Notes: generated by a model from the letters alone, not told the origin. A stretch of DNA of 64,000 bases from Thermoplasmata archaeon (GCA_039794005.1 JBAMMA010000001.1:1-64000), one strand, 5' to 3'. Shown: positions 9,386 through 20,275, counted from the stretch's first letter. A program made the numbers and translations.

Positions 9386-9832
9386 ATGAAGAGGTATACT
9401 ATTAAAGATTTGCCGGAAAAATCTGCCAGGGCGAGGTTGCTAAACGTACCAGTTTCGATTAAAGATTCCATAAATGTATGTAACTTTCTACAGGGTATGA
9501 AATTAAAGGAGGCCGAGGAATATCTAGAATCAGTAATAAGAAAAGAGAAAGCTATTCCTTACAGAAGATTTCTTGATTCAATTTCTCACAGGCCAGGCAT
9601 GGGTCCAGGTAGATATCCAGTAAAAGTATCAAAATATGTTTTAGAACTCCTTAAAAATGTTGAAGCAAATGCAGAGAACAAGAATCTTGACGTAGATAAA
9701 CTAATAATATACTCAATACTTGTGAAAAAGGGAGAAACAATCAAGAAATACATGCCCAGGGCATATGGTAGAGCAACACCATTCTTCAAGGAAAGGGTAC
9801 ATTTTGAAGTTATTGTCAAGGAGGTAGAATAA
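9386..9832 (+). CDS. rpl22: 50S ribosomal protein L22
   Basis: GRYPVK, NVEANAENK, PRAYGRA. Confidence 0.97.
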   Translation: MKRYTIKDLPEKSARARLLNVPVSIKDSINVCNFLQGMKLKEAEEYLESVIRKEKAIPYRRFLDSISHRPGMGPGRYPVKVSKYVLELLKNVEANAENKNLDVDKLIIYSILVKKGETIKKYMPRAYGRATPFFKERVHFEVIVKEVE

Positions 9833-10497
9833 TGGATGAGAAAAAGTTTGTACAGGAAAGCGTTAAAAGATATTTGATCAAGGAGGAAATTAAAAAATTC
9901 TCAGAAAATGCAGGATTTGGAGGGGTAGATATACAGAGGACCCCGATGGGGTTGAGGATAGTTCTATATGTGGAGAAACCGGGATTGATCATTGGTTCTA
10001 AGGGTGGTAAAATAAAGGAATTGACAGAATTGTTAATATCCAAATACGGTGTGGAAAACCCACAGATCGAGGTTAAGGAAGCTGGGAATATTAATTTAAA
10101 TCCACAGATTATGGCAAAAAAGCTTGCATTGGCCTTGGAATCGGGATGGCATTTTAGAAGAGCATCACATTCAACACTGAAGAGAATTATGGATGCAGGT
10201 GCAAAAGGAGCACAGGTTATTGTTAGTGGGAAGTTGGGGGGAGATAGGGCAAAGAGGGAAAAAATAACAGCCGGTAAGATAAAATATTCAGGTCAGCCAA
10301 AATATGCTGTGAAAGTCGGTTTTGCCGTCGCAAAAACAAAACCTGGAATAATAGGTGTTACAGTAAAAATATTGCCCCCAGATGCAAATCTACCCGATGA
10401 GATAAAGGTAATAAAAAATCCATATGAGGAGAGTGGAGGTGAAAATAACAATGAAGGAGCTAAAAGCCAAGAGTCTCAGGGAAATGAACAACAATGA
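9832..10497 (+). CDS. rps3: 30S ribosomal protein S3
   Basis: KPGLIIGSKG KH motif, IMDAGAKG, SGKL. Confidence 0.98.
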   Translation: MDEKKFVQESVKRYLIKEEIKKFSENAGFGGVDIQRTPMGLRIVLYVEKPGLIIGSKGGKIKELTELLISKYGVENPQIEVKEAGNINLNPQIMAKKLALALESGWHFRRASHSTLKRIMDAGAKGAQVIVSGKLGGDRAKREKITAGKIKYSGQPKYAVKVGFAVAKTKPGIIGVTVKILPPDANLPDEIKVIKNPYEESGGENNNEGAKSQESQGNEQQ

Positions 10498-10657
10498 TTT
10501 AATAAAAAAATTGCAAGAATTACAATCATCTTTATTAAACGAGAGGGCCATGAGCACAATGGGCGGATCACCCCACAATCCCGGTAAAATAAAATCTTTA
10601 AGGAGGCAAATAGCCAGGATAAAGACAGTGTTAAGAGAAAAGGGTGTAAAGGTATGA
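10451..10657 (+). CDS. rpl29: 50S ribosomal protein L29
   Basis: LREM, NPGKIKSLRRQIARIKTV; GGAGGTG SD before ATG 10451. Confidence 0.96.
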   Translation: MKELKAKSLREMNNNDLIKKLQELQSSLLNERAMSTMGGSPHNPGKIKSLRRQIARIKTVLREKGVKV

Positions 10658-10878
10658 TGTTGATAGGAAAGGAATGTACAATTGTAGATTCAACAATTAA
10701 TAGTTTGTTAGGTTTAAAGGGAAGAATATTGGATGAAACAAAAAATATGATAAAAATGGAGGTTAATAACAAAAGGATAAACGTACCAAAAAGGTGTGTA
10801 AACATTATGGTGAATGGAAATCTTATATACGGTAAAGATATATTAAGGAGGCCGGTTGATAGAGTCTATAAGAGGTGA
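10654..10878 (+). CDS. rnp1: RNase P protein component 1 (Rpp29)
   Basis: LIG, GLKGRILDETKN, VPK, RPVDR; between L29 and S17. Confidence 0.92.
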   Translation: MMLIGKECTIVDSTINSLLGLKGRILDETKNMIKMEVNNKRINVPKRCVNIMVNGNLIYGKDILRRPVDRVYKR

Positions 10879-10883
10879 AATAA

Positions 10884-11216
10884 ATGAAGGATATTGGGAT
10901 TGAAGTAAGGTATCCAGAAAAAGAGTGCAATGATCCTAACTGTCCATTTCATGGAAATCTCAAAGTTCACGGTCAAATAATTGAAGGTATAGTAAAATCA
11001 GCAAAAATGATGAAAACTGTTGTAGTTGTAAGGGAATATCTACACTATGATAAAAAATATGAGAGGTATGAAAAAAGGAGAAGAAAATACCATGCACATG
11101 TTCCAGATTGCATCACAGTAAAAGAAGGTGATAAGGTCAAAATAATGGAATGCAGGCCATTGGCTAAGACGGTTTCATTTGTCGTAATTGAAAATATGGG
11201 AGGTGAAGAAAAATGA
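10884..11216 (+). CDS. rps17: 30S ribosomal protein S17
   Basis: [24 protein letters not shown]. Confidence 0.98.
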   Translation: MKDIGIEVRYPEKECNDPNCPFHGNLKVHGQIIEGIVKSAKMMKTVVVVREYLHYDKKYERYEKRRRKYHAHVPDCITVKEGDKVKIMECRPLAKTVSFVVIENMGGEEK

Positions 11217-11611
11217 AGGGATTGGCAGGAAGACAGACCAGGGGTCTTCCTACAGGCGCTGAAATTGAATGTGCTGACAATACAGGAGCAAAGGTTGTTG
11301 AAATAATCACTGTAATTTCTTATCATGGAACCAAGAGAAGGCAGCCTGCAGCCGGTGTTGGTGATATGGTTGTTGTTAGTGTAAAGAAGGGAACCCCTGA
11401 AGTCAGGAAAAAGGTGATGAGGGCAGTAATTATAAGACAAAGGAGACCATTCAGAAGGCCTGACGGAACGATGGTGGAATTTGAAGATAATGCAGCTGTA
11501 ATAGTAACCGAGGATGGTGAAACAAAGGGGACAGAAATAAAGGGGCCAGTGGCGAGAGAAGCCGCTGAGAGATGGCCAAGAATTGCAGCAATTGCATCGA
11601 CAATAGTGTGA
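11213..11611 (+). CDS. rpl14: 50S ribosomal protein L14
   Basis: [28 protein letters not shown]. Confidence 0.98.
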   Translation: MKGLAGRQTRGLPTGAEIECADNTGAKVVEIITVISYHGTKRRQPAAGVGDMVVVSVKKGTPEVRKKVMRAVIIRQRRPFRRPDGTMVEFEDNAAVIVTEDGETKGTEIKGPVAREAAERWPRIAAIASTIV

Positions 11612-11620
11612 GGTGTTTAT

Positions 11621-12067
11621 ATGGATCCATCAAAAATGAGGAAAAAATTATACAATGCATCCCATCACGTGAGGCATAAATTACTAAATGCCCATGTGTC
11701 CGATCAGATCAGGGAAAGATATGGTATTAGATCATTCCCAGTAAGGAAGGGGGATGTGGTAAGGGTAATGAGGGGAACCTATAAAGGGATGGAAGGAAAA
11801 GTTTCAAAGGTAGACATGAAGAAAATTAGGATAGCAATTGAAGGCATATTAAGGGGAAAGACGGATAAAAAGCAGATTCCAGTATGGATTCATCCATCTA
11901 AAGTTGAAATTACAAAATTGGATTTGTCGGATAAAAAGAGGAGAGAAAAATTGGAAAAAATCGCCAATATGAAAAATATAAAAATAGAGGAAGGTGAGAG
12001 TGTTGAGCAGGCATCTGAAGAGGTTAAATCTGCCGAAAGCGATACAAATACCCAGAAAGGAACATAA
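11621..12067 (+). CDS. rpl24: 50S ribosomal protein L24
   Basis: PVRKGDVVRVMRG, IHPSKVEITKL. Confidence 0.97.
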   Translation: MDPSKMRKKLYNASHHVRHKLLNAHVSDQIRERYGIRSFPVRKGDVVRVMRGTYKGMEGKVSKVDMKKIRIAIEGILRGKTDKKQIPVWIHPSKVEITKLDLSDKKRREKLEKIANMKNIKIEEGESVEQASEEVKSAESDTNTQKGT

Positions 12068-12719
12068 ATTTGCTGTAAAAGTTATATCCGGTCCGCATGG
12101 TGTAGAGGAATCTCTGCCATTGGGACTAATTCTAAGAGATTACTTAAAACTGGTTGATACAATGTGGGAGGCAAAGAAAGTACTTAATTCCAGGGTTGTA
12201 TATGTGGACAACGTTGTTAGGACAGATCACAAGTTTCCACTGGGCTTGATGGACGTACTTTCAATACCATCTATTGGAAAATATTATAGAATTTTATACG
12301 ATATAAAAGGAAGGTTAATTTTAGTAGAAATTCCAAAGGAAGAATCAACATGGAAACTTTTAAAGATTGAAAATATAACAATGGTAAAGGGAAATAAATA
12401 TCAGTACAATTTCCATGATGGTAGGAATTTGGTGTTAAATGAAAAGATATACAAGACTGGAGATTCAATAAAGTACGATTTGCAAAAGAAAGAAATCCTA
12501 GAACATATTCCAATGGCTGAAAATACCTATTCATTTATAACCGGAGGAAAAAGTGTAGGAAGGATTGCAAGGATAGATCAATACATTGAAACAAAATCTT
12601 CTTCTCCCAACATAGTAAAATTCAAGGAAGGTTTTGAGACAATAAGCGATTTCGTATTTCCAGTTGGAACCGTAAAGCCTCTGATAATGGTTCCGGAGGT
12701 GAATTTGAGTGAACAATGA
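12003..12719 (+). CDS. rps4e: 30S ribosomal protein S4e
   Basis: HLKRL, GPH, FPLGLMDV, HDGRN; start (TTG 12003 vs GTG 11994/12000) uncertain. Confidence 0.96.
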   Translation: MSRHLKRLNLPKAIQIPRKEHKFAVKVISGPHGVEESLPLGLILRDYLKLVDTMWEAKKVLNSRVVYVDNVVRTDHKFPLGLMDVLSIPSIGKYYRILYDIKGRLILVEIPKEESTWKLLKIENITMVKGNKYQYNFHDGRNLVLNEKIYKTGDSIKYDLQKKEILEHIPMAENTYSFITGGKSVGRIARIDQYIETKSSSPNIVKFKEGFETISDFVFPVGTVKPLIMVPEVNLSEQ

Positions 12720-13236
12720 AAATCCCATGAGGGAGGTAGTAATCGACAAGGTAGTATTAAACATAGGTGTTGGAGAAGCCGGAGAAAAGCTAGAAAGGGC
12801 AAAAAAGGTTTTAAAGATACTGACTGGAAAGGAACCCACGGAGACCAAGGCTAGAAAGACAATAAGGGACTTTGGAATAAGGAGAGGTCAATCCATAGGA
12901 TGTAAAGTTACATTGAGAAAAAAGGAGGCTGAAGAGTTCTTGAGGAGAGCATTTTGGGTTAAAAACTTTAAGATTCCAGAATATTCATTTGATGAATATG
13001 GAAATTTGAGCTTCGGAATAAAGGATTATACAAATTTTCAAAATGTGAAATATGATCCGGAGATTGGAATTTTCGGATTTGACATTTCTGTTAGGCTTAA
13101 GAGAAAAGGTGGTTATAGGGTTATGTACAGGAGGATTAGGAGGACAAATATTCCAAATAGGCACAGGGTGACAAGAGAGGAGGCAATGGAATTTTTCAGG
13201 AAGAATTTTAATTTGGAAATATTGGAGGTGAAATAA
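12709..13236 (+). CDS. rpl5: 50S ribosomal protein L5
   Basis: NPMRE, KVVLNIGVGEAG, YDPEIGIFG. Confidence 0.98.
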   Translation: MNNENPMREVVIDKVVLNIGVGEAGEKLERAKKVLKILTGKEPTETKARKTIRDFGIRRGQSIGCKVTLRKKEAEEFLRRAFWVKNFKIPEYSFDEYGNLSFGIKDYTNFQNVKYDPEIGIFGFDISVRLKRKGGYRVMYRRIRRTNIPNRHRVTREEAMEFFRKNFNLEILEVK

Positions 13237-13398
13237 ATGGTAAAACCAAAATTGGGGCCAAAGAAGGAATTTGGAAGAAAGAAGGGATGTGATAGATGCG
13301 GGAGGAAAAGGGGAATTGTAAGGAGATATGGCCTTCACCTATGCAGACAATGCTTTAGAGAAATTGCCCCAGAATTAGGATTTAGGAAATATTCGTGA
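13237..13398 (+). CDS. rps14: 30S ribosomal protein S14 (zinc-binding; absent from ORF track)
   Basis: Manual translation ...[36 protein letters not shown]. Confidence 0.97.
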   Translation: MVKPKLGPKKEFGRKKGCDRCGRKRGIVRRYGLHLCRQCFREIAPELGFRKYS

Positions 13399-13409
13399 GG
13401 TGAGAAAAT

Positions 13410-13799
13410 ATGCAGAATGATCCGCTGAGCGATGCATTAAGCAAAATAAAAAATTCGGCCAGAATAGGGAAAATGGAAGTTGAAGTAAGGCCTGCCAGTA
13501 AGCTGATTGGAAGGGTATTAAAAATAATGCAGGATCACAATTACATTAAGGAGTTTGAATATGTCGAGAACAACAGGGGAGGATATTATAAAATCAAATT
13601 GATGCCTTATATAAACAATTGTGGAGCCATAAAGCCCAGGTTTGCAGTGAAGAAGGATGAAATAGAAAAATTTGAGGCAAGATATTTACCGGCCCAGGAT
13701 TTTGGCATCTTGGTAATATCAACAAACAGGGGATTGATGACACATTCAGAGGCCAAGAAAAAGGGTCTTGGAGGTAAATTAATCGCATTCGTATATTGA
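13410..13799 (+). CDS. rps8: 30S ribosomal protein S8
   Basis: [33 protein letters not shown]. Confidence 0.98.
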   Translation: MQNDPLSDALSKIKNSARIGKMEVEVRPASKLIGRVLKIMQDHNYIKEFEYVENNRGGYYKIKLMPYINNCGAIKPRFAVKKDEIEKFEARYLPAQDFGILVISTNRGLMTHSEAKKKGLGGKLIAFVY

Positions 13800-13810
13800 G
13801 GTGATCTTCA

Positions 13811-14356
13811 ATGCCAGTTGCACCTGAGATAGAATATAAAATCGAAATTCCGGAAAAAGTGACCGCAAAATACGAAAATGGTATATTAACCATTAAAGGT
13901 CCTAGGGGAGAAATAAGTAGGACCTTTTTGGATGATAAGGTAAAAATGGAATTAAACGGGAAGATAATCAGAATATACATTCCATTGCCAAAGAAGAGTG
14001 AATCTGCAATAGCCGGAACATGGAATGCCCACGTAAAAAACATGATAAAGGGTGTTATGGATGGTTTCACCTATAAATTAAAAGTCGTTTATGCACACTT
14101 CCCCATGAAAATTTCAGTAAAGGGTAAAGAGGTTATAATTGAAAATTTCCTCGGAGAGAAGAAACCAAGGAAGGCAGAAATATTTGGTAATGTAAAGGTT
14201 GAAGTGAAGGGTGACATTGTTACAGTTTCTGGAGTCAATATAGAGGAGGTGGGGCAAACTGCTGCAAACATTGAAAGGGCAACCAGAATAAAAGATTATG
14301 ATCCCAGGGTATTTCAAGATGGCATCTATATAATAAACAAAGGTGAGGAAGAATGA
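13811..14356 (+). CDS. rpl6: 50S ribosomal protein L6
   Basis: YAHFPM, NFLGEK, DPRVFQDGIY. Confidence 0.98.
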   Translation: MPVAPEIEYKIEIPEKVTAKYENGILTIKGPRGEISRTFLDDKVKMELNGKIIRIYIPLPKKSESAIAGTWNAHVKNMIKGVMDGFTYKLKVVYAHFPMKISVKGKEVIIENFLGEKKPRKAEIFGNVKVEVKGDIVTVSGVNIEEVGQTAANIERATRIKDYDPRVFQDGIYIINKGEEE

Positions 14357-14748
14357 GGAAAATGGATAAGGAAATGTTGAGATTATTCAGGCTCAAGATT
14401 GAATTGGCAAGAAAAAGACCGAGGTTTTTAAGGCAAGAGTGGTTTAGATATAAAAAACTGGGAGAAAAGTGGAGAAAACCAAAGGGAAAACATTCAAAGA
14501 TGAGAGAGAAGAAAAAGTACAGGCCACCCGTAGTTGATATCGGCTATAGAGGTCCCAAGAAGGTAAGAGGTCTGCATCCATCCGGATATAAGGAGGTATT
14601 GATTTATAACGCTAAACAATTAATGGAAATAAATCCAGAAACTGAGGCTGTAAAGATTGCAAGTTCCGTTGGAAAAAGGAAAAGGATGGAAATATATGAG
14701 AAGGCAAAGTCTCTTGGTATCAGGATATTGAACTATAGGGGTGAATAA
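14353..14748 (+). CDS. rpl32e: 50S ribosomal protein L32e
   Basis: WRKPKGKHSK, RGLHPSG. Confidence 0.97.
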   Translation: MRKMDKEMLRLFRLKIELARKRPRFLRQEWFRYKKLGEKWRKPKGKHSKMREKKKYRPPVVDIGYRGPKKVRGLHPSGYKEVLIYNAKQLMEINPETEAVKIASSVGKRKRMEIYEKAKSLGIRILNYRGE

Positions 14749-14751
14749 AGT

Positions 14752-15192
14752 ATGGACGTAAGTTTTCAGAAGAGGATGGCAGCCGACATATTAAAATGTG
14801 GTATTTCAAGGGTATATATTGATCCTAAAGGTTTAGAGGAAGTTTCTGATGCCATTACAAGGGAAGATATCAGGATGTTGATAAAGAAAGGTCTAATTAA
14901 AAAACTTCCGGCAAAAGGAAATTCCAGGGCAAGATGGAGAAAGAAAAGGTTGCAAAAAATGAAAGGTAGGATGAACGGTCCGGGAAACAGGAAAGGAACA
15001 AAGTATGCAAGGCTATCAAGAAAAAGGAGATGGATATCAACGATTCGGGCTATAAGAAAGGAATTAAAAAGGTTAAAAGTCGAAGGAAAAATAGATAAAA
15101 AAACTTACAGGAAATATTACAGGCTTGCTAAAGGAGGAATGTTCAAGAGCAGGGCTCATCTATTAATGCACATGAAAGAGGTGATAAAGTAA
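14752..15192 (+). CDS. rpl19e: 50S ribosomal protein L19e
   Basis: QKRMAADIL, AITREDIR, YRLAKGG. Confidence 0.97.
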   Translation: MDVSFQKRMAADILKCGISRVYIDPKGLEEVSDAITREDIRMLIKKGLIKKLPAKGNSRARWRKKRLQKMKGRMNGPGNRKGTKYARLSRKRRWISTIRAIRKELKRLKVEGKIDKKTYRKYYRLAKGGMFKSRAHLLMHMKEVIK

Positions 15193-15708
15193 ATGGCCAA
15201 CAGTCCAACATATAAAGTAAAATTCAGGAGGAGGAGAGAAAATATCACCGATTACAGGAAAAGGCTTGCATTACTGAAATCTGGATTGCCAAGAGCGGTT
15301 GTAAGGAAAACGTTAAGGAGGACTATAGTACAGGTTGTAAATTATAATGAGAAGGGTGATGAAACCATAGTATTTGCATCAAGCTTAGATTTGAAGAAAT
15401 ATGGGTGGAACAAATCCACAAAATCAGTTCCTGCAGCGTATTTGACGGGTTATTTAGTGGGTAAGATAGCAAAGGCAAAAGGCATCGAGAGCATGGTATT
15501 GGACATAGGTAGACAAAAACCTACAAAAGGGGGCAGGTTGTTTGCATCTCTGAAAGGTCTATTGGATGCTGGAATAGAAATAAATCACGGTGAAGAAATA
15601 TTTCCAGATGAAGATAGGATAATGGGAAAACATTTAGGTGATGATTATCCTTCCATATTCGAAGAGGTAAAAAATAAAATAGATCAATCCATTAAATCGG
15701 AGGAATAA
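15193..15708 (+). CDS. rpl18: 50S ribosomal protein L18
   Basis: FRRRRENITDYRKRL, PAAYLTG, LDIG. Confidence 0.97.
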   Translation: MANSPTYKVKFRRRRENITDYRKRLALLKSGLPRAVVRKTLRRTIVQVVNYNEKGDETIVFASSLDLKKYGWNKSTKSVPAAYLTGYLVGKIAKAKGIESMVLDIGRQKPTKGGRLFASLKGLLDAGIEINHGEEIFPDEDRIMGKHLGDDYPSIFEEVKNKIDQSIKSEE

Positions 15709-15711
15709 ACT

Positions 15712-16380
15712 ATGGCGGAAATTGAGAATTGGGTACCTAAAACAAAGTTGGGAAAATTGGTGGCCGAGGGTAAAATAAAAACCATGTCAGAGGCCATTGC
15801 GAGTAGGTTGCCAATAAAGGAACCTCAGATCGTTGATATTTTATTACCTAATCTTGAGGAAAAGGTATTGGATATAAGAATGGTACAAAGGATGACGGAT
15901 TCCGGTAGAAGGACGAAATTTTCAGTTACCGTTGTTGTGGGCAACAGGGATGGTTATGTTGGCATAGGTCTGGCAAAGGGGAAGGAGGTGGGGCCGGTAA
16001 TCAAAAAAGCTGTTGACAATGCAAAATTGAATATTATTGAAATTAAAAGGGGTTGTGGCTCGTGGGAATGCGGATGCAATAGGTCACACTCCTTGCCATT
16101 TAAGGTGATGGGATCAGCAGGATCCGTCAGAGTATATTTAAAGCCAGCACCGAGAGGGGTTGGGTTGGCTGTCGGTGATGTATCCAAAGATGTATTGAGT
16201 TTGGCAGGAATACAGGATGCATGGGGTTTTACCGAAGGGCATTCAAAAACAACAACAAACTTTGCATTAGCAACCTTTGATGCTTTAAAGCAGACAGCGA
16301 TAGTCAAGATCAATCCGATGATATCCCTGAATTTAGCCATATACAAGGGAGGTGTTACTGAGAATGTACGCAGCGATTAG
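15712..16380 (+). CDS. rps5: 30S ribosomal protein S5
   Basis: [33 protein letters not shown]. Confidence 0.98.
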   Translation: MAEIENWVPKTKLGKLVAEGKIKTMSEAIASRLPIKEPQIVDILLPNLEEKVLDIRMVQRMTDSGRRTKFSVTVVVGNRDGYVGIGLAKGKEVGPVIKKAVDNAKLNIIEIKRGCGSWECGCNRSHSLPFKVMGSAGSVRVYLKPAPRGVGLAVGDVSKDVLSLAGIQDAWGFTEGHSKTTTNFALATFDALKQTAIVKINPMISLNLAIYKGGVTENVRSD

Positions 16381-16828
16381 AATAAGGGGTAGAACGGGTA
16401 TTTCTTACGATATTGAAAAAACACTGAAATATCTAAGGTTAACAAGGATAAACCATCTGGTATTGCTCGATGAAACTGATCCGATAAGGGGAATGCTTGA
16501 GAAGGCCAAGGATTACATTACATGGGGTGAGATTAATAGGGAAACACTGATAGAACTTTTAAAAAAGAGAGGAAGGTTAATGGGAGATAAAAAAATAGAT
16601 CTAGAATACATAAAGAAAATTGGTGTTAATTCCATTGAAGAACTAGCGGATATGCTATTGGATGGAAAAATCAAATATTCAAGTCTTCCAGATATCAAGC
16701 CAATTTTTAGATTACATCCCCCTATAAAAGGCTATAAAAATATTAAGAGAACGGTGAAGGAGAATGGAGATCTGGGATATAGAGGAGATAAAATAAATGA
16801 ACTCATTAAAAGAATGTTGGTGATGTGA
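16364..16828 (+). CDS. rpl30: 50S ribosomal protein L30 (uL30)
   Basis: [27 protein letters not shown]. Confidence 0.97.
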   Translation: MYAAIRIRGRTGISYDIEKTLKYLRLTRINHLVLLDETDPIRGMLEKAKDYITWGEINRETLIELLKKRGRLMGDKKIDLEYIKKIGVNSIEELADMLLDGKIKYSSLPDIKPIFRLHPPIKGYKNIKRTVKENGDLGYRGDKINELIKRMLVM

Positions 16829-16830
16829 CT

Positions 16831-17259
16831 ATGTCATACAGCAGAGGTAGAAAATTCAGAGGATATAGAAGGCATGGCCATGGAATGAAAGGAAGGAGAG
16901 GTCATGGTCTTAAAGGTGGAAAGGGATTATCCGGTCTCGGAAAGCACAAATGGATATGGTTAAACAAATATTTCAGGGAGCATTGGGGAAGGCATGGATT
17001 TACATCGCATCATCCGAAAAGGATAGACAAAACAATAAACCTCGAGGATTTACAATATCAACTACAAAGATTTTCCGATATTGGTATAGCAAGGAACGAG
17101 TCAGGTACATGGTATATTGATTTAACATCCACAGGCATAACAAAACTTCTTGGAAAAGGGGAAGTAAGGCACAAGATGATAATAAAGGTAAATAAAGCTA
17201 GCCAGGGAGCCATAAAGAAATTAAGAGAAGCGGGTGGTGAGGTAGAACTTAATGCCTGA
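16831..17259 (+). CDS. rpl15: 50S ribosomal protein L15
   Basis: RGHGLKGGKG, GRHGF, KLLGKG, AGGEV. Confidence 0.97.
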   Translation: MSYSRGRKFRGYRRHGHGMKGRRGHGLKGGKGLSGLGKHKWIWLNKYFREHWGRHGFTSHHPKRIDKTINLEDLQYQLQRFSDIGIARNESGTWYIDLTSTGITKLLGKGEVRHKMIIKVNKASQGAIKKLREAGGEVELNA

Positions 17260-19054
17260 GGAAAAAATTCCGAGAGATAGAAGGTGGATACCCGTAATAA
17301 TATTATTTTTTATTTTTACCCTGTATGTTTACGAAGATTATATACAGAATAAAGTTTTGGATTTGAACGATTTTTATAAAGCGATATCATCAGATTGGAT
17401 TTCAACAATCATATTTTCACTTTTAATTGGATCATTATATTATTTAATTTATTTAGCGGTTTCATACAAAGGTGAAAAAAAGAGCAAATTGTATGGTCTA
17501 ATGCCCGTGGCTGAGAGATTGCCTGTTGTTGCAAAGCCTAAAAGGCATGTAACATTCAAAGAGAAACTATTCTGGACGGGATTGGTTTTAATCATATACT
17601 TTGTAATGACAAACATATACATTTATGGTTTAAACAGGTCCAACATGATTGATGTATTCTCTTCATTCAGGGCGATTATGGCTGGTGCTCAGGGATCAAT
17701 AGTGGATCTTGGCATCGGTCCTATCGTTACAGCTTCTATTATTATGCAATTGTTTGTGGGTGCTAAAATTATAAATTTGGATTTGAGCGATGAAGATGAC
17801 AAGGCGACTTATCAGGGTATCCAAAAGTTATTAGTAATAATAATGATTTTCGTAGAGGCGATCCCCCAGGTATTTGGGTATTTAAATCCAGATCCTGGTT
17901 TTATTACGATGCTTGACAACGATTGGCCAGGGCATGGAACATTTTTGGCAGATATGTTTATTGTAATTCAGCTCTTTTTTGGATCATATATTCTTTTCAT
18001 CATGGATGAACTTGTTAGTAAATGGGGTATTGGATCAGGAGTATCGCTGTTTATAGCTGCCGGGGTCTCACAACAGATAATAACAGGAACTATAAATTGG
18101 ATACCGACAAATCCCAACCAACCAATGTCAGTTATTAACCCTCCGGGTGGAGCAATTCCAAGAACATATTATTTATTAACACATTATTCAGCATCAGAAC
18201 TGTATAACGGTAGAATTGAACAGGTATTATTTGGTACAAATGGCATTGTGGCCTTATTAGGTACCATATTGGTATTTTTGATAGTCGCATGGACTGAGAG
18301 TACAAAGATAGAATTGCCATTGGCCCACGAAAGGGTAAGAGGGGCAAGGGGAAGGTATCCCATTAAATTGATGTACGCATCTAACATACCTGTGATTTTA
18401 ACCAGTGCCCTCATGGCAAATATCACGATGTGGTCATTAATATTCTGGACAAATCCATCTTTATCCAGAGTTCCAATTTTGGGACATAACCCCTGGTTAG
18501 GTGTATATCCATCACCAAGTGAAGCACAGCAATTGGGTATACAACCAAATACGCCGATAGGTGGTCTTGCATGGTATTTAAATAACATCAATGGAATATC
18601 GGAATGGCTTTTACCTATCATGGAACCTCAGTCATATCAGTTATATTTCTTCCACCATTCAATGTTGCAATTCATAATTAAGATTCTGGCATATGTGTTT
18701 TTCATGATTGGTATGAGTATATTATTTGCAAAGTTTTGGATTGAAACAACGAACATGAATGCCGAGGCCGTTGCAAAACAAATATTAAAAAGCGGAATGC
18801 AAATACCGGGTTTTAGAAGAGAACCAAAGGTGATTCAGAGCATATTGGAAAAATACATACCCCCCATAACGATATTTAGCGGTGCTGCCGTCGGTGCCCT
18901 TGCCGCATTTGCCGGTCTCATTGGTACTGTCGGAAATGCCACAGGTACTGGATTGTTACTAACCGTGGGTATAGTAATACAATTCTACGAAGCGATGGGA
19001 AGAGAACAATTAATGGAAATGCATCCAATAATAAGGCAATTCTTTGAAGGGTGA
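17252..19054 (+). CDS. secY: Preprotein translocase subunit SecY (with N-terminal TM extension)
   Basis: LGIGPIVTASIIMQL, KWGIGSGVSLFI, YPIKLMYASNIP, QIPGFR, GTGLLLTV. Confidence 0.98.
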   Translation: MPEEKIPRDRRWIPVIILFFIFTLYVYEDYIQNKVLDLNDFYKAISSDWISTIIFSLLIGSLYYLIYLAVSYKGEKKSKLYGLMPVAERLPVVAKPKRHVTFKEKLFWTGLVLIIYFVMTNIYIYGLNRSNMIDVFSSFRAIMAGAQGSIVDLGIGPIVTASIIMQLFVGAKIINLDLSDEDDKATYQGIQKLLVIIMIFVEAIPQVFGYLNPDPGFITMLDNDWPGHGTFLADMFIVIQLFFGSYILFIMDELVSKWGIGSGVSLFIAAGVSQQIITGTINWIPTNPNQPMSVINPPGGAIPRTYYLLTHYSASELYNGRIEQVLFGTNGIVALLGTILVFLIVAWTESTKIELPLAHERVRGARGRYPIKLMYASNIPVILTSALMANITMWSLIFWTNPSLSRVPILGHNPWLGVYPSPSEAQQLGIQPNTPIGGLAWYLNNINGISEWLLPIMEPQSYQLYFFHHSMLQFIIKILAYVFFMIGMSILFAKFWIETTNMNAEAVAKQILKSGMQIPGFRREPKVIQSILEKYIPPITIFSGAAVGALAAFAGLIGTVGNATGTGLLLTVGIVIQFYEAMGREQLMEMHPIIRQFFEG

Positions 19055-19059
19055 TCCTA

Positions 19060-19614
19060 ATGAGAGTAATTGTTACAGGAGTACCTGGTGTTGGTAAGTC
19101 TACTGTATTAAATCTGGCCTCCAGGAAGACTGGTTATAAGATCATAAACTATGGGGACATAATGATGGAGCTGGCAAAGGAACTTGGGATAAAAAACAGG
19201 GATGAAATAAGAAAATTGCCGGTTGAAAAGCAACGAGAAATACAAAAACTTGCAGCCGAAAGGATTGGTAAAATGGAAAACATTTTCATAGATACACATC
19301 TGTCAATAAAAACACGCTCGGGATATTTGCCGGGATTACCCGAATGGGTATTAAGGGCGATCAATCCATCTATGATTGTAATCATTGAAACCGATCCAGA
19401 GGCAATAATAAAAAGGAGGGAAAGGGACAACAGTAGATATAGGGATGAAGATTCTGTAGACACAATAAACGAGCATCAGAGTATTAACAGATCTTTCGCA
19501 ACATCATGTTCTGTTCTCACAGGCTCCACTGTTGTAATAATAAAGAACGATGAAGGTATGGCTGAAAAGGCGGCGGATATATTGATGGAGAAAATGGGCT
19601 ATGGAAAGCAATAA
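19060..19614 (+). CDS. adkA: Archaeal adenylate kinase
   Basis: GVPGVGKST, RDEIRKL, DTH, GYLPGLP. Confidence 0.96.
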   Translation: MRVIVTGVPGVGKSTVLNLASRKTGYKIINYGDIMMELAKELGIKNRDEIRKLPVEKQREIQKLAAERIGKMENIFIDTHLSIKTRSGYLPGLPEWVLRAINPSMIVIIETDPEAIIKRRERDNSRYRDEDSVDTINEHQSINRSFATSCSVLTGSTVVIIKNDEGMAEKAADILMEKMGYGKQ

Positions 19615-20275
19615 ACAAAATTCACCAAGAATGGGGATGAATCTCAGTTTCATTTACCTTTTAATAATGTTATTTACAATTATAATATGGGGAACAAGTA
19701 GTGTAAGGGATTCTATTGGAGAGATCACAAATTATATATTTTATCCTGTTTTTGGATTTGGAGGTAAATATCCCATATTAACATTAATAGTGACAGGTTT
19801 GATAATAACAATAATAAACATGTATGCAAGGCATTATTTCATAGATTGGTACGGAATTGCAAAACTACAATATAAGACCAAGCAGCTATCAAAAATGATG
19901 AGAGAGGCCTTTAAAAACAATGATAAGGCCACAGTTGAAAAATTGAGAAAATATCAGCAGAAGTTGACTCTGGAAAATTTAGAAATAATGAACGATCAGA
20001 TGAAACCCACATTAATCACATTCATAATAGGAATTATATTTGTAATCTGGATATATTATTTCATCATTTCATTATCTATATCCAATAGGATGATATTCCT
20101 TCCATGGACATATCCTAATGGAATAGATTTGGCATTAGGGCCAACGGTATTTCCAGCATGGATTATTATATACATGTTTTTTACAGGGACGGTGGGTTAT
20201 TTCATAACATATTTGTTTAAGACGTATGAATTTTCTATAAGATTGAGAAATTTAGAGAGGAATGATAAAAAATGA
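19601..20275 (+). CDS. EMC3/TMCO1 (DUF106) Oxa1-superfamily membrane insertase
   Basis: TM, coiled coil, QMKP, further TMs and WIIIY; conserved position after adkA. Confidence 0.88.
   Translation: MESNKQNSPRMGMNLSFIYLLIMLFTIIIWGTSSVRDSIGEITNYIFYPVFGFGGKYPILTLIVTGLIITIINMYARHYFIDWYGIAKLQYKTKQLSKMMREAFKNNDKATVEKLRKYQQKLTLENLEIMNDQMKPTLITFIIGIIFVIWIYYFIISLSISNRMIFLPWTYPNGIDLALGPTVFPAWIIIYMFFTGTVGYFITYLFKTYEFSIRLRNLERNDKK

Noticed and set aside
10424-12067. Acidic/polar C-terminal tails of S3 and L24 as novel domains
   Set aside because: They are explained by same-strand overlaps with the starts of rpl29 and rps4e.
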